64,000 nucleotides of DNA from a bacterium (GCA_037127795.1 JBAXXQ010000001.1:252274-316273); one strand, 5' to 3'; counted from the stretch's first letter, positions 17,529-28,466 are shown. Program-made: numbers and translations. The notes: generated by a model not told the origin, from the letters alone.

Positions 17529-18345
17529 AAGATATTCGTTTGCCATTTTCTGGAATAACAGTATCTATAATAAAATTGCCGCCTACGAAGTGTGCTTCTA
17601 CTATTTTTACTCGCTTAGTAATGCCTTCTTTTTTTGTATAAAAATATAATCCTGGCCAGCCAAAGTATGCGCGGTATTTTCTATCGAGTTCTATAGGATC
17701 ATCATCAAGATTGATTTCTCCGTGTTCTTTGGTGATTTTTTTTGTCTTACTTATATGTCGTGTGTCTTGTGGTATTGGGTGAGTATTATGTAAAAAAATA
17801 TCTTGGATAGTCTGAGGGAGTATCGCTACTGCGAGCGTGTTTAATTTTGCACGAAGGCTTCCTGTCGTGTCGTCTGGTGCTATAGCAAGCTCTTGTTGTG
17901 CAATGATATCTCCTGCATCGAGCTCATATACCATTTGTTGTATTGCAATACCAGTGACAGCATCGCCATGCAAAATAGCACTTTCTACAGGGGTTGCGCC
18001 GCGGTATTTGGGGAGGAGGGAATAGTGCACATTTATAGTGCCATACGTAGGAAGTTGTATAAGTGCTTCAGGGAGGATTTTGCCATATGCGACAACAACA
18101 AAAAGATCAAAATGTTCTTTTTGTAATTGCTCTATATATTCTGGTGTAATACGTTCTGGTTGATATACTGGGATATGCTCGTAGTCGCCCCAGTGTTTGG
18201 GAGCAGGAGACTCGATATGCATTCCACGACCTACTGGTCTATCTGGGTTGGTAATAATTGCACTAGGAGTAAGTCCCGCGTTTTTTAAACTATCTAAAAA
18301 GTCTACGGTAAATGCTGGTGTTCCAAAGAATGCTATTTTTTTCAT
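17494..18345 (-). CDS. fmt: Methionyl-tRNA formyltransferase
   Basis: MKKIAFFGTP...; formyl-transferase N-domain (HYSLLPKYRG) and C-terminal domain; def-fmt operon context; 3' end overlaps the giant gene 3' end by 35 nt on the opposite strand. Confidence 0.85.
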   Translation of the reverse strand: MKKIAFFGTPAFTVDFLDSLKNAGLTPSAIITNPDRPVGRGMHIESPAPKHWGDYEHIPVYQPERITPEYIEQLQKEHFDLFVVVAYGKILPEALIQLPTYGTINVHYSLLPKYRGATPVESAILHGDAVTGIAIQQMVYELDAGDIIAQQELAIAPDDTTGSLRAKLNTLAVAILPQTIQDIFLHNTHPIPQDTRHISKTKKITKEHGEINLDDDPIELDRKYRAYFGWPGLYFYTKKEGITKRVKIVEAHFVGGNFIIDTVIPENGKRISFTDFQKMQEQE

Positions 18346-18842
18346 TATTTTGTGTGATGAGGTGCTGGTACATCTTCGAGATTACTTGCTTTGTCTATAA
18401 AAAGGACACCAACAAGGTGGTCCATTTCATGTTGAAAAATTTGTGCGAGTAGTCCGCGACCACTCAATACAAATTCATTACCAGCAAAATTTGTTGCACG
18501 AATAGTTGCTGTTTCTGAACGTTTTACTTTGCCGTATTTCCAGCGTACAGAAAGACATCCTTCAGATACTACTACTTTCTTTTTTCCTACACGGATAAAA
18601 GAAGGATTGATACAAACGATATCATTTTCTGCATCAGAAAAAATCTTTTTTGATATGACAAAAATTTGTTTACTTACTCCTATTTGTGGTGCAGCAATAG
18701 CAACACCGTCTTCTTCGTGAGAAAGCGCTTCGCTCATATCATTGAGTATTTTTTGCAGTGCGGGAGTATTGAATTCGTCGGCGCCTACTGGTGCTGCGTC
18801 GTGGCGCAATACAGGAGCTGGTTCTTGCAAGATAGGTTTCAT
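18345..18842 (-). CDS. def: Peptide deformylase
   Basis: Motifs EGCLS and HEMDHL (metal ligands). Confidence 0.85.
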   Translation of the reverse strand: MKPILQEPAPVLRHDAAPVGADEFNTPALQKILNDMSEALSHEEDGVAIAAPQIGVSKQIFVISKKIFSDAENDIVCINPSFIRVGKKKVVVSEGCLSVRWKYGKVKRSETATIRATNFAGNEFVLSGRGLLAQIFQHEMDHLVGVLFIDKASNLEDVPAPHHTK

Positions 18843-18843
18843 G

Positions 18844-20130
18844 TTATTTCAATTGCTTAATGTATGTATGGAGATCGGTGAGAGCGACAGTGTCTTGTGA
18901 GCGTGTTTCCATATTGCGAACGAGGACGCTACCTTCCATAGCTTCTTTTTGTCCAAAGATTATTGCATACGGTGCTCCCGATTTTTCTGCAATACCAAGT
19001 TGTGCAGAAAGAGAATCTTTTGAAAGAGATTGCAATATTGGTACATGTGCCTTACGAAGAATTTCAATAACATTGAGACTCTTTAATTTTGCATCAAGAC
19101 CGATTTGTATAAAGTATACCTTTGGTTTTTTGAGTATTCGTGGAGTGAGATCTTTGCACCATGGGCGTTCAATAATACGATCTACACCGATACTACCACC
19201 AACTGCAGGAATATCTTTCTTTGAGCCAAGTTGTTTGCCGAGATAGTCATATCTACCACCGCCAGCGATAGTCATAAGACCGCCGTCTTCTGTTGGTTCC
19301 ATGATTTCAAACACCGTGTGTGTGTAATACGAAAGTCCACGTACAAGACAATTGTCTATACGATAGGGGATATTCATTTCTTCTAGGTATTCAAGTACTT
19401 CTTTGAAGTGTTTTTTGCCATATAGAGAAAGAGATGAAAGAGAACTTGGTGCGTTTTTATTTATCTCTTTTGTTTTTGGATCCTTTGAATCAAGGATGCG
19501 GAGTGGATTTGTTTTGAGACGTTCTTTGTCTATAGCAGGAAGTACATCAATGTGTTTTTTGTAATAGTTGGTAAGCTCTTTGATATATAGCGGGCGAGAT
19601 TCTTTGTCTCCAATAGAGTTTATATTTACTACGAGTTCTTTTGCGCCTGCTTCTTCGAGCATAGTATAGATCGCTTTGATAATAAGTGCGTCCATAATAC
19701 TCTTGTCATTACCAAGTATATCTATATCAAATTGAGTGAATTGTCGGTAGCGGCCTTTTTGAGGATTGTCATGGCGAAATACAGGACCAGAGTGGTAGAA
19801 CATCAATGGTTGTGGTTCGTTTTGCATACCGTGCTCGATATATGCACGCATGAGACTTGCAGTGTGTTCTGGGCGAAGCGCGAGATGGTCACCTCCTTTT
19901 GTTTTGAGGGTGTACATTTCTTTGTCGACAATATCTGTCCCTACACCTACCGCACTAGTAAATGTTTCTTCGTATTCAAAAATAGGTGTTTCTATTGGTG
20001 AGAAGCCAAAATAGATAGCAACCTCTTGTGCCTTTTCAAAAAACCCTTGCATCTTGTAGTAGTCTGCGCCCATTATGTCGCGTACTCCTTTTGGACTTGC
20101 TATTTCTTTTTTATTAGTTTGTTTTTCCAT
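18844..20130 (-). CDS. hisS: Histidyl-tRNA synthetase
   Basis: Class II motifs: RPEHTASLMRAY, FRHD..QKGRYRQFTQ, GGGRYDYL. Confidence 0.85.
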   Translation of the reverse strand: MEKQTNKKEIASPKGVRDIMGADYYKMQGFFEKAQEVAIYFGFSPIETPIFEYEETFTSAVGVGTDIVDKEMYTLKTKGGDHLALRPEHTASLMRAYIEHGMQNEPQPLMFYHSGPVFRHDNPQKGRYRQFTQFDIDILGNDKSIMDALIIKAIYTMLEEAGAKELVVNINSIGDKESRPLYIKELTNYYKKHIDVLPAIDKERLKTNPLRILDSKDPKTKEINKNAPSSLSSLSLYGKKHFKEVLEYLEEMNIPYRIDNCLVRGLSYYTHTVFEIMEPTEDGGLMTIAGGGRYDYLGKQLGSKKDIPAVGGSIGVDRIIERPWCKDLTPRILKKPKVYFIQIGLDAKLKSLNVIEILRKAHVPILQSLSKDSLSAQLGIAEKSGAPYAIIFGQKEAMEGSVLVRNMETRSQDTVALTDLHTYIKQLK

Positions 20131-20704
20131 ATGATGATTTTTCTGATCCTGGATAAATAGCGAACTTGGTTACCGGAAGCAATCGTAGTAATGCGACACC
20201 ACGAATATTTTCTTTAGGGACTGTACCCCAACTTCGTGAATCGTAACTTCCTGCGCGATTGTCTCCCATAACAAAATATTGATCTGCTGGTACGGTAACT
20301 TCCATATAGTCCTCTCGAGGGTGAGTGATATATGGTTCATTAAGAACAAGACCTTCAGGATGATCTTTGTTGATAATGGTTACCTTGGTGCTGTAGATTT
20401 TCACTGTTTCTCCTGGGAGACCAATAATACGTTTGATGTAGTATTTGGTAGGTTCTGGTGGAGCTTTGAATGTGACTACATCACCGCGAGTGTATTGATG
20501 ACCGAGATGGTAACTAATCTCATCGATAATAAGATAGTCAGAAGTACCAAATTCTGGATCCATACTTGCGCCATTTACGATAAAAGGACGTACAATAAAC
20601 GCTTGTATAAAAATAGCGAGTCCGACAGCGAGACAAATATATAAAATATCATCAAATGATACCCGAATACGGTCCTTCCATGTCTTTGTTGTTTCAACTT
20701 CCAT
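20114..20704 (-). CDS. lepB: Signal peptidase I
   Basis: NGASMDP (catalytic Ser box), YIKRIIGLPGE, GDNRAGSYDSRSWG. Confidence 0.8.
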   Translation of the reverse strand: MEVETTKTWKDRIRVSFDDILYICLAVGLAIFIQAFIVRPFIVNGASMDPEFGTSDYLIIDEISYHLGHQYTRGDVVTFKAPPEPTKYYIKRIIGLPGETVKIYSTKVTIINKDHPEGLVLNEPYITHPREDYMEVTVPADQYFVMGDNRAGSYDSRSWGTVPKENIRGVALLRLLPVTKFAIYPGSEKSSYGKTN

Positions 20705-20782
20705 TGTAGGGCTAGTATAGCAAAAAAAGCTTTATAATACAAAATACAAGACAAAAACCCTTTTTTGGTGTTTACTATAGCT

Positions 20783-21346
20783 ATGTATATCATTGCAGGG
20801 CTCGGAAATATAGGAAAAAAGTATGAAAACCATCGCCACAATATGGGCTTTATGGTACTCGATGCATATGCCAAAAAACACGATATATCTTTTACCGAAG
20901 AGAAGCTTTTTGTAGGAAGTGTTGCAAAAGTAGCTGATATGACTTTTGTAAAACCTGCAACATTTATGAATGATTCTGGATTATCTGTAAAAAAACTATT
21001 ACGCGATCCAGAAGATAGTGTAGTGGTAGTGTATGACGATATCGATATCAATCTCGGAGAAATAAAATGTTCTTTTGGGAAAAGTGCGGGAGGACACAAT
21101 GGGGTGCAGTCTGTTATTGATCACTTCGGTACCAAAGAATTTTTTCGGATTCGCGTAGGGGTGCGGCCAGTGCATGAAGAACTACAAAAACATATTTTAC
21201 CGCCGCACGGTTTTGAAAATTTTTTACTTTCAAATTTTGCACCACAAGAGCTTGCGCTTGTAGAACAGGGGATTGCAAAAGCGGTGACAGTACTCGAACA
21301 ACTTGGTCAAAAAACATTTGAAGAAATAATGAACGCGCATAATTAA
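20783..21346 (+). CDS. pth: Peptidyl-tRNA hydrolase
   Basis: IAGLGNIGKKYENHRHNMGF (Pth motif GLGNPG..Y..TRHN.G); ATG at 20783 preferred over the track's TTG start. Confidence 0.8.
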   Translation: MYIIAGLGNIGKKYENHRHNMGFMVLDAYAKKHDISFTEEKLFVGSVAKVADMTFVKPATFMNDSGLSVKKLLRDPEDSVVVVYDDIDINLGEIKCSFGKSAGGHNGVQSVIDHFGTKEFFRIRVGVRPVHEELQKHILPPHGFENFLLSNFAPQELALVEQGIAKAVTVLEQLGQKTFEEIMNAHN

Positions 21347-21393
21347 AATTTGACAGAAATAGTAATATATGTAATTATTGCTTAAATTAAATT

Positions 21394-21894
21394 TTGTCAA
21401 CTATGTCTATTAATTCATGGATCCTACTTATTGTAGGGGTAATTTTATTGTTTTGTTTTTTATACTTTAATAGAGATCTTTTTAAATCAAAAAGACTTGA
21501 AGAAGAAAAAAAGTTAAGAGAGATTATGCACCCTTGGGGGATATTATCTTTTGCTGGGCGTAATATATGTAAGCTTTTTGTTGTGGAAGAAATTCTTAAT
21601 GATCGAGTAGGTATTCGGTATGTTGGAGAATTCCCTCAATATATTACATGCCCATACGCTGATAAAGAGGTAGAAACAATTAGTTTTACTGGCTCATTAC
21701 TTGAAAGAAAAGAGCTTTCTTTTCTTTCGCGAAAAGATCTTCCGATTGAGATACAGGAGATTGGTTGTATTATACAATTTCTTTCTGTTAAGGATAATGT
21801 TTTTGAAGTAAAAAAATATCATCCTGATAATAGATTTCTTAGTGCACTTATATGTATTGATACGTATATAGGTACTATTTCTAAAAAGAATTAG
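21394..21894 (+). CDS. Hypothetical N-terminally membrane-anchored protein
   Basis: ORF track; N-terminal TM helix; bidirectional terminator downstream. Confidence 0.4.
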   Translation: MSTMSINSWILLIVGVILLFCFLYFNRDLFKSKRLEEEKKLREIMHPWGILSFAGRNICKLFVVEEILNDRVGIRYVGEFPQYITCPYADKEVETISFTGSLLERKELSFLSRKDLPIEIQEIGCIIQFLSVKDNVFEVKKYHPDNRFLSALICIDTYIGTISKKN

Positions 21895-21895
21895 C

Positions 21896-21934
21896 AAAAA
21901 GCCGTTTGGAAAATTTCCAAACGGCTTTTTTACT
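21896..21934. terminator. Bidirectional rho-independent terminator between the 21394 gene (+) and rpsA (-)
   Basis: aaaaagccgtttggaaa / tttccaaacggcttttt perfect palindrome flanked by A/T tracts. Confidence 0.6.
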
Positions 21935-21955
21935 GAATGTTGTACAAATAAAGAA

Positions 21956-23074
21956 TTATTTAGATTCTTTTTCGTCTTTCAATTCTTCAAGTTTTTGTTC
22001 ACCAAAAACGAGAGTCATACGTTGTTCTTTTGGTTCGAAGAGAGTCACAGTAAATGGATATGTTTTTCCAAGTACAAGTGCTTCTTTGAGTTTTTCTTCA
22101 CCACCAAATGTTGAATTGTGGACAAGTCCAGCAACTCCTTCTTTGATAGAAACCAATGCGCCGTGTTTGTTGTAGCGAAGTACTACTCCTTTTACAATGT
22201 CGCCACGCTTGATAGTTTTTTCAAATGAACTCCAAGGGTTTGCTTTCAATGCTTTGATAGAAAGAGAAATTTTTCCGTCTTTGATATCAATGATTTTTGC
22301 TTTAACAGTATCTTTGAGTTTGAAGAGTGCACGAGGATCTTCTACGAGGCCCCAATCAAGCTCACTGATGTGTACAAGTCCTTCGAGACCGTCTTCGATT
22401 TTGAGGAATACTCCGAAGTCTACAATACCTGTTACAGAACATTCAAGTTCATCACCAACAGCATATTTACTTACTACTTCTTCGCGTTCTTCTGGATTTG
22501 TTTCTTTTTCAGAGAAGATAAGTTTTCCTTCTTTTGGATTTGCAGAAATAATCATCACAGGAAGTTTTGTTCCTACGAGTTTCTTCAATTCACGCAAGAT
22601 TTTGTCCTTATCAGAGTCTTCTACGCGAGGGTAGTGCTCAGGCTTGAGTTGTGATGCTGGAAGAAATCCAGATACACCTTGCCATTCCATGATAAGACCA
22701 CCTTTGTTTGCATCTTTGATTGCAATATCAAAAATAGTTTTTGCCTTGATAGCATCTTCTGCTTCTGCCCATACGAGTGCTTGTTTTGCTTCTTTCAAAG
22801 AAAGCTCAACATACCCATCAGTATTTTCTGCTTCAACAACTTTTGCTTTTACCAAGTCACCGATATTGATATTTTTTACCAAATCACGTGCAGCGATAAA
22901 TTCGCGACCGTATATGATACCTGTACCAAATGGTGCGAGATCTACATATACTGATGCTTTTTGTATTGCCAAAACTTTTCCCTCAACAATTTCATCAACT
23001 GCTGGTTTTGTAGGACCTGTTTCCTCGGCAACTACTGCTGTTTTTTCTACTAATTCGTCTTTTTTTGTTTTCAT
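21956..23074 (-). CDS. rpsA: 30S ribosomal protein S1 (short, 4 S1-domain form)
   Basis: Repeated S1 domains (GKVLAIQKASVYVDL..., GDLVKAKVVEAE..., GDELECSVTGIVDFGVFLKI..., GDIVKGVVLRYNKHGALVSI...). Start set at MKTKKDE (23074); the track's TTG-extended start at 23161 reads through a structured leader. Confidence 0.8.
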   Translation of the reverse strand: MKTKKDELVEKTAVVAEETGPTKPAVDEIVEGKVLAIQKASVYVDLAPFGTGIIYGREFIAARDLVKNINIGDLVKAKVVEAENTDGYVELSLKEAKQALVWAEAEDAIKAKTIFDIAIKDANKGGLIMEWQGVSGFLPASQLKPEHYPRVEDSDKDKILRELKKLVGTKLPVMIISANPKEGKLIFSEKETNPEEREEVVSKYAVGDELECSVTGIVDFGVFLKIEDGLEGLVHISELDWGLVEDPRALFKLKDTVKAKIIDIKDGKISLSIKALKANPWSSFEKTIKRGDIVKGVVLRYNKHGALVSIKEGVAGLVHNSTFGGEEKLKEALVLGKTYPFTVTLFEPKEQRMTLVFGEQKLEELKDEKESK

Positions 23075-23165
23075 AAAAATAAATTGCCACCCGACAAAGG
23101 TGGCGACCCTAATTATTAGGGTAACGACCTTTGTAGATTTCATTTTGATTGGCGGTCTCAAAATG
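23075..23165 (-). promoter_or_regulatory. Structured rpsA 5' leader with mutually exclusive hairpins
   Basis: Minus-strand RNA: acaaaggt-cgtta-CCCTAAT-a-ATTAGGG-tcgcc-acctttgt nested stem, competing with the ccacc-tttgtcg-ggtgg hairpin located ~14 nt before the AUG. Confidence 0.35.
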
Positions 23166-23271
23166 AGGTTATTCTACAATGGTTAATTGTTAATTTTGTT
23201 ACTTCACTACAATAATCTGAAGTACGTGTAGGATAGCATATTGGGACTAAAAAATCAACGTATGATATACT

Positions 23272-23916
23272 GTGACCATTATGGTAATTACACATTTCGG
23301 AAAAGGCTATTTTAAGCTCACTTTAGGGGATTTGACCATTGCTATCAATCCGCCAGCAAAGGACAGTAAAGGGTTCCCCAAGCCACCTCGTTTTGGTGCT
23401 GATATTGCACTTATAAGTTTGCACCACCCAGACTACGATGATGCAGAGACAGTATCTCTCGGAGACAAACAACCATTTGTGATCGATGGTCCTGGAAGTT
23501 ATGAGATACGAGATATCTTTTTTACTGGCGCATCTAGTACTACTGTATTTAATGGAGAATCAAAAATAAATACCGTGTACAGTTTTGAGCTCGATGGTAT
23601 CAAAGTAGCTTTTATGGGGATTCTCAATAACGACGCAGTCCTCAGTGGAGAAGCAAAAGAAATCGCAAGTATTGCAGATATTATTTTTGTCCCAATCGGT
23701 GGCGGTAATGTCTACGATAGTGCAAAAGCATACAAGACAGCGCTTTCTTTTGAACCAAACGTTATTATTCCGTATGAATTTGATGATGCGTCACTCGCTC
23801 GGTTTTTGAAAGATGGTGGACAAGAAAAAACTGAAGTTATAGAAAAATACACTGTAAAACGAAGAGATTTGGACGGTAAACAGGGGACTATTGTTGTAAT
23901 AGAAAGTAAATCATAA
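23272..23916 (+). CDS. MBL-fold metallo-hydrolase
   Basis: ~210 aa; His-rich motif region (ISLHHPDYDD) and beta-lactamase-fold spacing; typical small Zn-hydrolase of reduced genomes. Confidence 0.5.
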   Translation: MTIMVITHFGKGYFKLTLGDLTIAINPPAKDSKGFPKPPRFGADIALISLHHPDYDDAETVSLGDKQPFVIDGPGSYEIRDIFFTGASSTTVFNGESKINTVYSFELDGIKVAFMGILNNDAVLSGEAKEIASIADIIFVPIGGGNVYDSAKAYKTALSFEPNVIIPYEFDDASLARFLKDGGQEKTEVIEKYTVKRRDLDGKQGTIVVIESKS

Positions 23917-23928
23917 CAACCTTTTTGT

Positions 23929-24120
23929 ATGGATACCAAGCCATCAACTAAAAAAACATATATACCAATCATCGTATCTATACTATGTGGTATTGTGTTG
24001 TTTAGTATTATGGTAGTACGTCTTTTGAATAGTCTACAAAATCCTCAAGTAAAAAATACAAATGAATTTGAGTCTTTTTATAAAACACTTACCAACAAAA
24101 CGCAATCGTTTTTTCAGTAA
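23929..24120 (+). CDS. Small single-pass membrane protein (hypothetical)
   Basis: 63 aa ORF with one TM helix directly upstream of gyrA. Confidence 0.3.
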   Translation: MDTKPSTKKTYIPIIVSILCGIVLFSIMVVRLLNSLQNPQVKNTNEFESFYKTLTNKTQSFFQ

Positions 24121-24145
24121 AAAAATGATATACTAGGAGTATCAT

Positions 24146-26596
24146 ATGGCAGAAAAAATACCAGTAGAAGAAGAAATCGCACGAGGAAAGACTGTTCCGG
24201 TAAATATTGTACGCGAGATGAAAGATAGTTTTATCGACTATGCGATGAGTGTTATTACTGATCGTGCGCTTCCTGATGTGCGTGATGGATTGAAGCCGGT
24301 ACACCGACGTATTTTGTATTCTATGCATGATAGTGGGCATACTGCATCTGCAAAATTTGTAAAATCTGCTCGTATTGTCGGAGACGTGCTTGGTAAATAC
24401 CATCCACACGGAGACACATCAGTGTATGATGCTATGGTAGGTATGGCACAGCCATTCTCATATAGATATCCGCTCATTCAAGGGCAGGGAAACTTCGGAT
24501 CTGTCGACGGTGATAGTGCTGCTGCGATGCGTTATACCGAGGCTCGTATGTCAAAACTCGCTAGTGAAATGATGCGAGATATCGAAAAAGATACTATCGA
24601 TTTTCGTCCCAACTACGACTCAACTCGCAAAGAGCCGTCTGTGCTTCCAACAGCAGTACCAAGTCTTCTTTTGAATGGTACATTGGGTATTGCGGTGGGT
24701 ATGGCAAGTAATATTCCTCCACACAACCTCGGTGAAGTGGTAGATGCATGTTTGCACCTTATAGAGCATGATGATGCTACAAATGAAGATATCGCAGAAT
24801 TCATCAAAGGGCCGGATTTCCCAACAGGAGGAATTGTATTTAATAAAGCCGATATTTTACACGCTATTGCGACTGGTCGCGGTGGTGTAGTATGTCGCGG
24901 AGAAGCTGAAATAACAGAGACAAAATCAGGGTTATATCAGATTACTGTATCGTCTTTGCCGTACCGTGTGAACCGTGCAACCTTTGTAGAATCTATTGCA
25001 AATCTCGTACAAGAAAAGAAGCTTGAAGGAATCAAATCTCTTGACGATCTTTCTGCAAAAGATACACGCATTGTTGTAGGACTCAAGACTGGAGTAAATC
25101 CACAAAAAGTTTTGAACTTCTTGTACAAACACACCCAACTCGAGCAAACATATCACTACAACATGGTGGCACTTGTTGATGGTGTGCCAGAGACACTTTC
25201 TATCAAGTCTATTTTGAATGCATTTATTGGACATCGTGAAGTAGTGATTCGTCGTCGTACTGCATTTGATTTGCAAAAAGCAAAAGACCGTGAGCATATC
25301 TTGCTTGGTTTGAAAAAAGCACTCGATCATATCGATCGGATCATTAGTCTTATCCGTGCCTCAAAAGACTCTGCTGCTGCAAAAGTTAATTTGATAAAAG
25401 AATTTAAATTCTCTGATTTACAAGCAGATGCTATTTTGGAAATGCGTTTGCAAAAATTGGCAGGTCTCGAAAGAAAAGCGGTGGAGCTTGAATTGAAAGA
25501 AAAACAAGAACTCATCAAAGAGCTCGAAAGTCTTCTCGCAAGTACTAAAAAAATCTTCAAAGTTATTGCTACAGAATTGGCAGAAATAAAAGACAAATAT
25601 GGTGATGAGCGAAAAACAAAAGTTATTGCTGGAGGAACAAATAAAGTAAGTGATGAAGATTTGATCCCAGAAAAAGATTCTATCTTGGTATTTACTGCGG
25701 GTGGGTATGTGAAGCGTACAGATCCAGATGAATATAAAATGCAAAAGCGTGGAGGTGTCGGCGTGGTAGATCTCGAAACAAAAGAAGAAGATTTTATTAC
25801 ACAACTTTTGGTGACAGATACACATAGTGATTTGTTGTTCTTTACCAATCTTGGTAAGGCATACCAAATAAAAATGTATGAACTTCCAGAAGGACGTCGT
25901 GCAACAAAAGGTAAGTCTATTATGAATTATTTGTCTCTTGCATCAGATGAGCAGGTGACTTCTATTCTCGCTGTACCAAAGAAATTGAAAGAAGAAAAAG
26001 CTTCATTGATGCTTATCACCAAACAAGGTGTTGCCAAAAAAGTTTCTTATGAGAGTTTCAAAGATGTTCGTCGCAGTGGTATTATCGCTATTCGTTTGGA
26101 CAAGGGTGACGAGCTCGGCAATGTGCTTCGTGTACAAAAAAATAATAGTGTTATTCTTGCAACAAAGACTGGGCAAAGTATCCGCTTCTTGGAAACAGAT
26201 ATTCGTGAAATGGGACGTACTGCAGGAGGGGTACGTGCTATGAAGCTTGGAAAAAATGATGTAATTATCGGTGCTGATGTAGTACAAGAAGAAAAAGATG
26301 TGTTTATGCTTGTAATGGGTGCAAACGGTCTTGGTAAGAAAACAGCAATGGAAGAATACAAGATTCAAAAGCGTGGAGGCTCTGGTATAAAGACTGCAAA
26401 AGTAACTGCAAAAACAGGAGAACTTATGGTTGCAAAAATTGTAAAGAACGACAGTGAGCTTGTTGCTATGTCAAAGAAAGGACAAGTGATCCGTGTAGAC
26501 CTCAATACTATTCCTTCATCAGGAAGACAAACACAAGGAGTAACAATCATGAAGCTTCGCGCAGGAGACTCTCTTGCAAGTGTAACTTGTGTGTAA
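24146..26596 (+). CDS. gyrA: DNA gyrase subunit A
   Basis: [29 protein letters not shown]; QRD-region; C-terminal beta-pinwheel repeats; 816 aa. Confidence 0.9.
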   Translation: MAEKIPVEEEIARGKTVPVNIVREMKDSFIDYAMSVITDRALPDVRDGLKPVHRRILYSMHDSGHTASAKFVKSARIVGDVLGKYHPHGDTSVYDAMVGMAQPFSYRYPLIQGQGNFGSVDGDSAAAMRYTEARMSKLASEMMRDIEKDTIDFRPNYDSTRKEPSVLPTAVPSLLLNGTLGIAVGMASNIPPHNLGEVVDACLHLIEHDDATNEDIAEFIKGPDFPTGGIVFNKADILHAIATGRGGVVCRGEAEITETKSGLYQITVSSLPYRVNRATFVESIANLVQEKKLEGIKSLDDLSAKDTRIVVGLKTGVNPQKVLNFLYKHTQLEQTYHYNMVALVDGVPETLSIKSILNAFIGHREVVIRRRTAFDLQKAKDREHILLGLKKALDHIDRIISLIRASKDSAAAKVNLIKEFKFSDLQADAILEMRLQKLAGLERKAVELELKEKQELIKELESLLASTKKIFKVIATELAEIKDKYGDERKTKVIAGGTNKVSDEDLIPEKDSILVFTAGGYVKRTDPDEYKMQKRGGVGVVDLETKEEDFITQLLVTDTHSDLLFFTNLGKAYQIKMYELPEGRRATKGKSIMNYLSLASDEQVTSILAVPKKLKEEKASLMLITKQGVAKKVSYESFKDVRRSGIIAIRLDKGDELGNVLRVQKNNSVILATKTGQSIRFLETDIREMGRTAGGVRAMKLGKNDVIIGADVVQEEKDVFMLVMGANGLGKKTAMEEYKIQKRGGSGIKTAKVTAKTGELMVAKIVKNDSELVAMSKKGQVIRVDLNTIPSSGRQTQGVTIMKLRAGDSLASVTCV

Positions 26597-26638
26597 ATTG
26601 TATACACGCATATAATAAACGTGATACACTAGATTCAT

Positions 26639-27163
26639 ATGTTTATGGATCCTAAGATTACACTTTCTGGAATGAATTTTCAGGTGACAGATACTGTTGC
26701 AGATTTTGGTGCTGGAAGTGGATTTCTTGCATTTACTCTCGCACAAATGATACCGAGTGGTCATGTGTTTGCTATTGAAATAAATAAAGACATGGTGACG
26801 CGTATTGCAAAAGAAGCAGAGGATAAAAATATTACCAACATACATCCACTCTGGGGAGATATAGAAATTTTGGGAGGAAGTGGACTCGCTGATGCGGCAG
26901 TAGATACTGTCGTACTATCCAATGTATTGTTTCAGCTCGAAGATAAAAAAGGAGTATTTGCAGAAGTAAAACGAGTACTCAAACCAGGTGGGCGAGTACT
27001 TCTTATAGATTGGTCTGATTCTTTTTCTGGGCTTGGTCCAGCACCGCATCATGTGTTTACCAAAGATCAGGCTATGGCACTTTTAGGTGAGTTTGGGTTT
27101 ATTATAAAAAATGACAATCTTCCGGTCGGAGATCATCATTATGCTATACTAAGTAGTATATAA
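26639..27163 (+). CDS. Class I SAM-dependent methyltransferase (small)
   Basis: Motif I VADFGAGSGFLA; post-I acidic residue; LKPGGRVLLIDW motif. Confidence 0.6.
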   Translation: MFMDPKITLSGMNFQVTDTVADFGAGSGFLAFTLAQMIPSGHVFAIEINKDMVTRIAKEAEDKNITNIHPLWGDIEILGGSGLADAAVDTVVLSNVLFQLEDKKGVFAEVKRVLKPGGRVLLIDWSDSFSGLGPAPHHVFTKDQAMALLGEFGFIIKNDNLPVGDHHYAILSSI

Positions 27164-27164
27164 T

Positions 27165-28466
27165 ATGACAAGTTTTAAAAACATTTTACTTGGACTCTTT
27201 ATTGTACTTTTTGTCGGCGCTATTTTGGTATTTTCTGGGGTGATAAATATTGGTGGGACGACACAACAAAAAGTGCAAACAAATTTATCCCTTTGGGGAC
27301 CGTTTCCTTCAATTGCTATGCAGGGTATTATTACTGATTTTAATAATATTGATACGTATACACAAATTAGTTATACCCAAGTCTTACCAAATGATTTGCA
27401 TAGGCAGCTCGTCGAAGCTATCGCTTCAGGGAAAGGACCTGATATGGTCATTTTTTCAAACGAAAATTTCTTACAAGATATTGATAAGTTATATGTAACA
27501 CCTTTTGCTACATATCCTGAGAGAACATTTCGTGATACGTATATAGATGGAGCTAGTACGTTTTTAAATAATGATGGTGTTGTTTTGTATCCGCTCGTTG
27601 TTGATCCTTTGGTTGTGTATTACAACAAAGATCTTCTTGCTGCTGCAAAATATATCTATCCTCCTCGTACATGGTCTGGGCTCAATCAAAGCGTGCCACT
27701 ATTTTTGAAAAAAGATAAAACAGGTATTACGCAAAGTGCTATTGCATTGGGTGAATCTCCTAATATGGAGCATTTCAAGAAAATATTTTCTACTCTGTTA
27801 TTACAATCAGGGGTTCCTGTTGTTTCTTATAATACTGATGCAAAGAGGTATTTAGTAAAACTTAATACTGAGCGATCTGACCCAAATAAAGCGACACCAC
27901 AAGAACAAGCATTTTTGTACTATCAATCATTTGCTGATCCGACAAGTCAGCTCTACAGTTGGAATAAAAAACTTCCAGAAGCACAAGACGCGTTTCTTTC
28001 TGGAAAGAGTGCCTTTTATCTTGCTCCCGCTAGTGAATTGTTTGAAATTCAAACAAAAAATCCAAATCTTAATTTTGATACGACGGCAATGTTTCAACCA
28101 GACAATGCGGTAAGACCTATTACATACGGTACTATTTATGGTGTAGGTATTCTCAAAAATAGTTCAAATCTTGCTGTTGCGTACAATGTACTCGGTTCTC
28201 TTTTGGGAAAAGATATTGTCGATACTATATCAAAACAGGTATCACTTCCTCCGGCACGTCGTGACCTTTTACAGGTACAACCAGCAAATCCATATGCTGC
28301 AGTATTTTTTAATCAAGCACTACAAACATTTACATGGCCTGATCCTGATAAAAATGGTACTGATACTGCCTTTCGTGATATGATAAGACAAGCAGCTTCA
28401 GGGGAAAGAGATATTAATCAAGCATTATATGAAACACAAAATCAAATTCAATCTTATATTCAGTAG
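27165..28466 (+). CDS. Extracellular solute-binding protein (ABC family 1, MalE-like), membrane-anchored, orphan
   Basis: N-terminal TM anchor; PLVVDPLVVYYNKDLL...PPRTWSGL matches the SBP family-1 signature; no adjacent permease or ATPase. Confidence 0.5.
   Translation: MTSFKNILLGLFIVLFVGAILVFSGVINIGGTTQQKVQTNLSLWGPFPSIAMQGIITDFNNIDTYTQISYTQVLPNDLHRQLVEAIASGKGPDMVIFSNENFLQDIDKLYVTPFATYPERTFRDTYIDGASTFLNNDGVVLYPLVVDPLVVYYNKDLLAAAKYIYPPRTWSGLNQSVPLFLKKDKTGITQSAIALGESPNMEHFKKIFSTLLLQSGVPVVSYNTDAKRYLVKLNTERSDPNKATPQEQAFLYYQSFADPTSQLYSWNKKLPEAQDAFLSGKSAFYLAPASELFEIQTKNPNLNFDTTAMFQPDNAVRPITYGTIYGVGILKNSSNLAVAYNVLGSLLGKDIVDTISKQVSLPPARRDLLQVQPANPYAAVFFNQALQTFTWPDPDKNGTDTAFRDMIRQAASGERDINQALYETQNQIQSYIQ

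Noticed and set aside
23075-23161. TTG-initiated N-terminal extension of rpsA in the ORF track
   Set aside because: The region folds into stable alternative hairpins and lacks S1-like sequence; the ATG at 23074 (MKTKKDE) fits S1 N-termini.
22197-23186. Several 90-180 aa ORFs on the plus strand
   Set aside because: Antisense to rpsA (strong S1-domain protein on the minus strand); Ser/Phe-rich, low-complexity translations.
24089-26845. Minus-strand ORFs inside gyrA and around its ends
   Set aside because: Antisense to gyrA and the methyltransferase gene; Cys/Phe/Ser-rich artefact translations.
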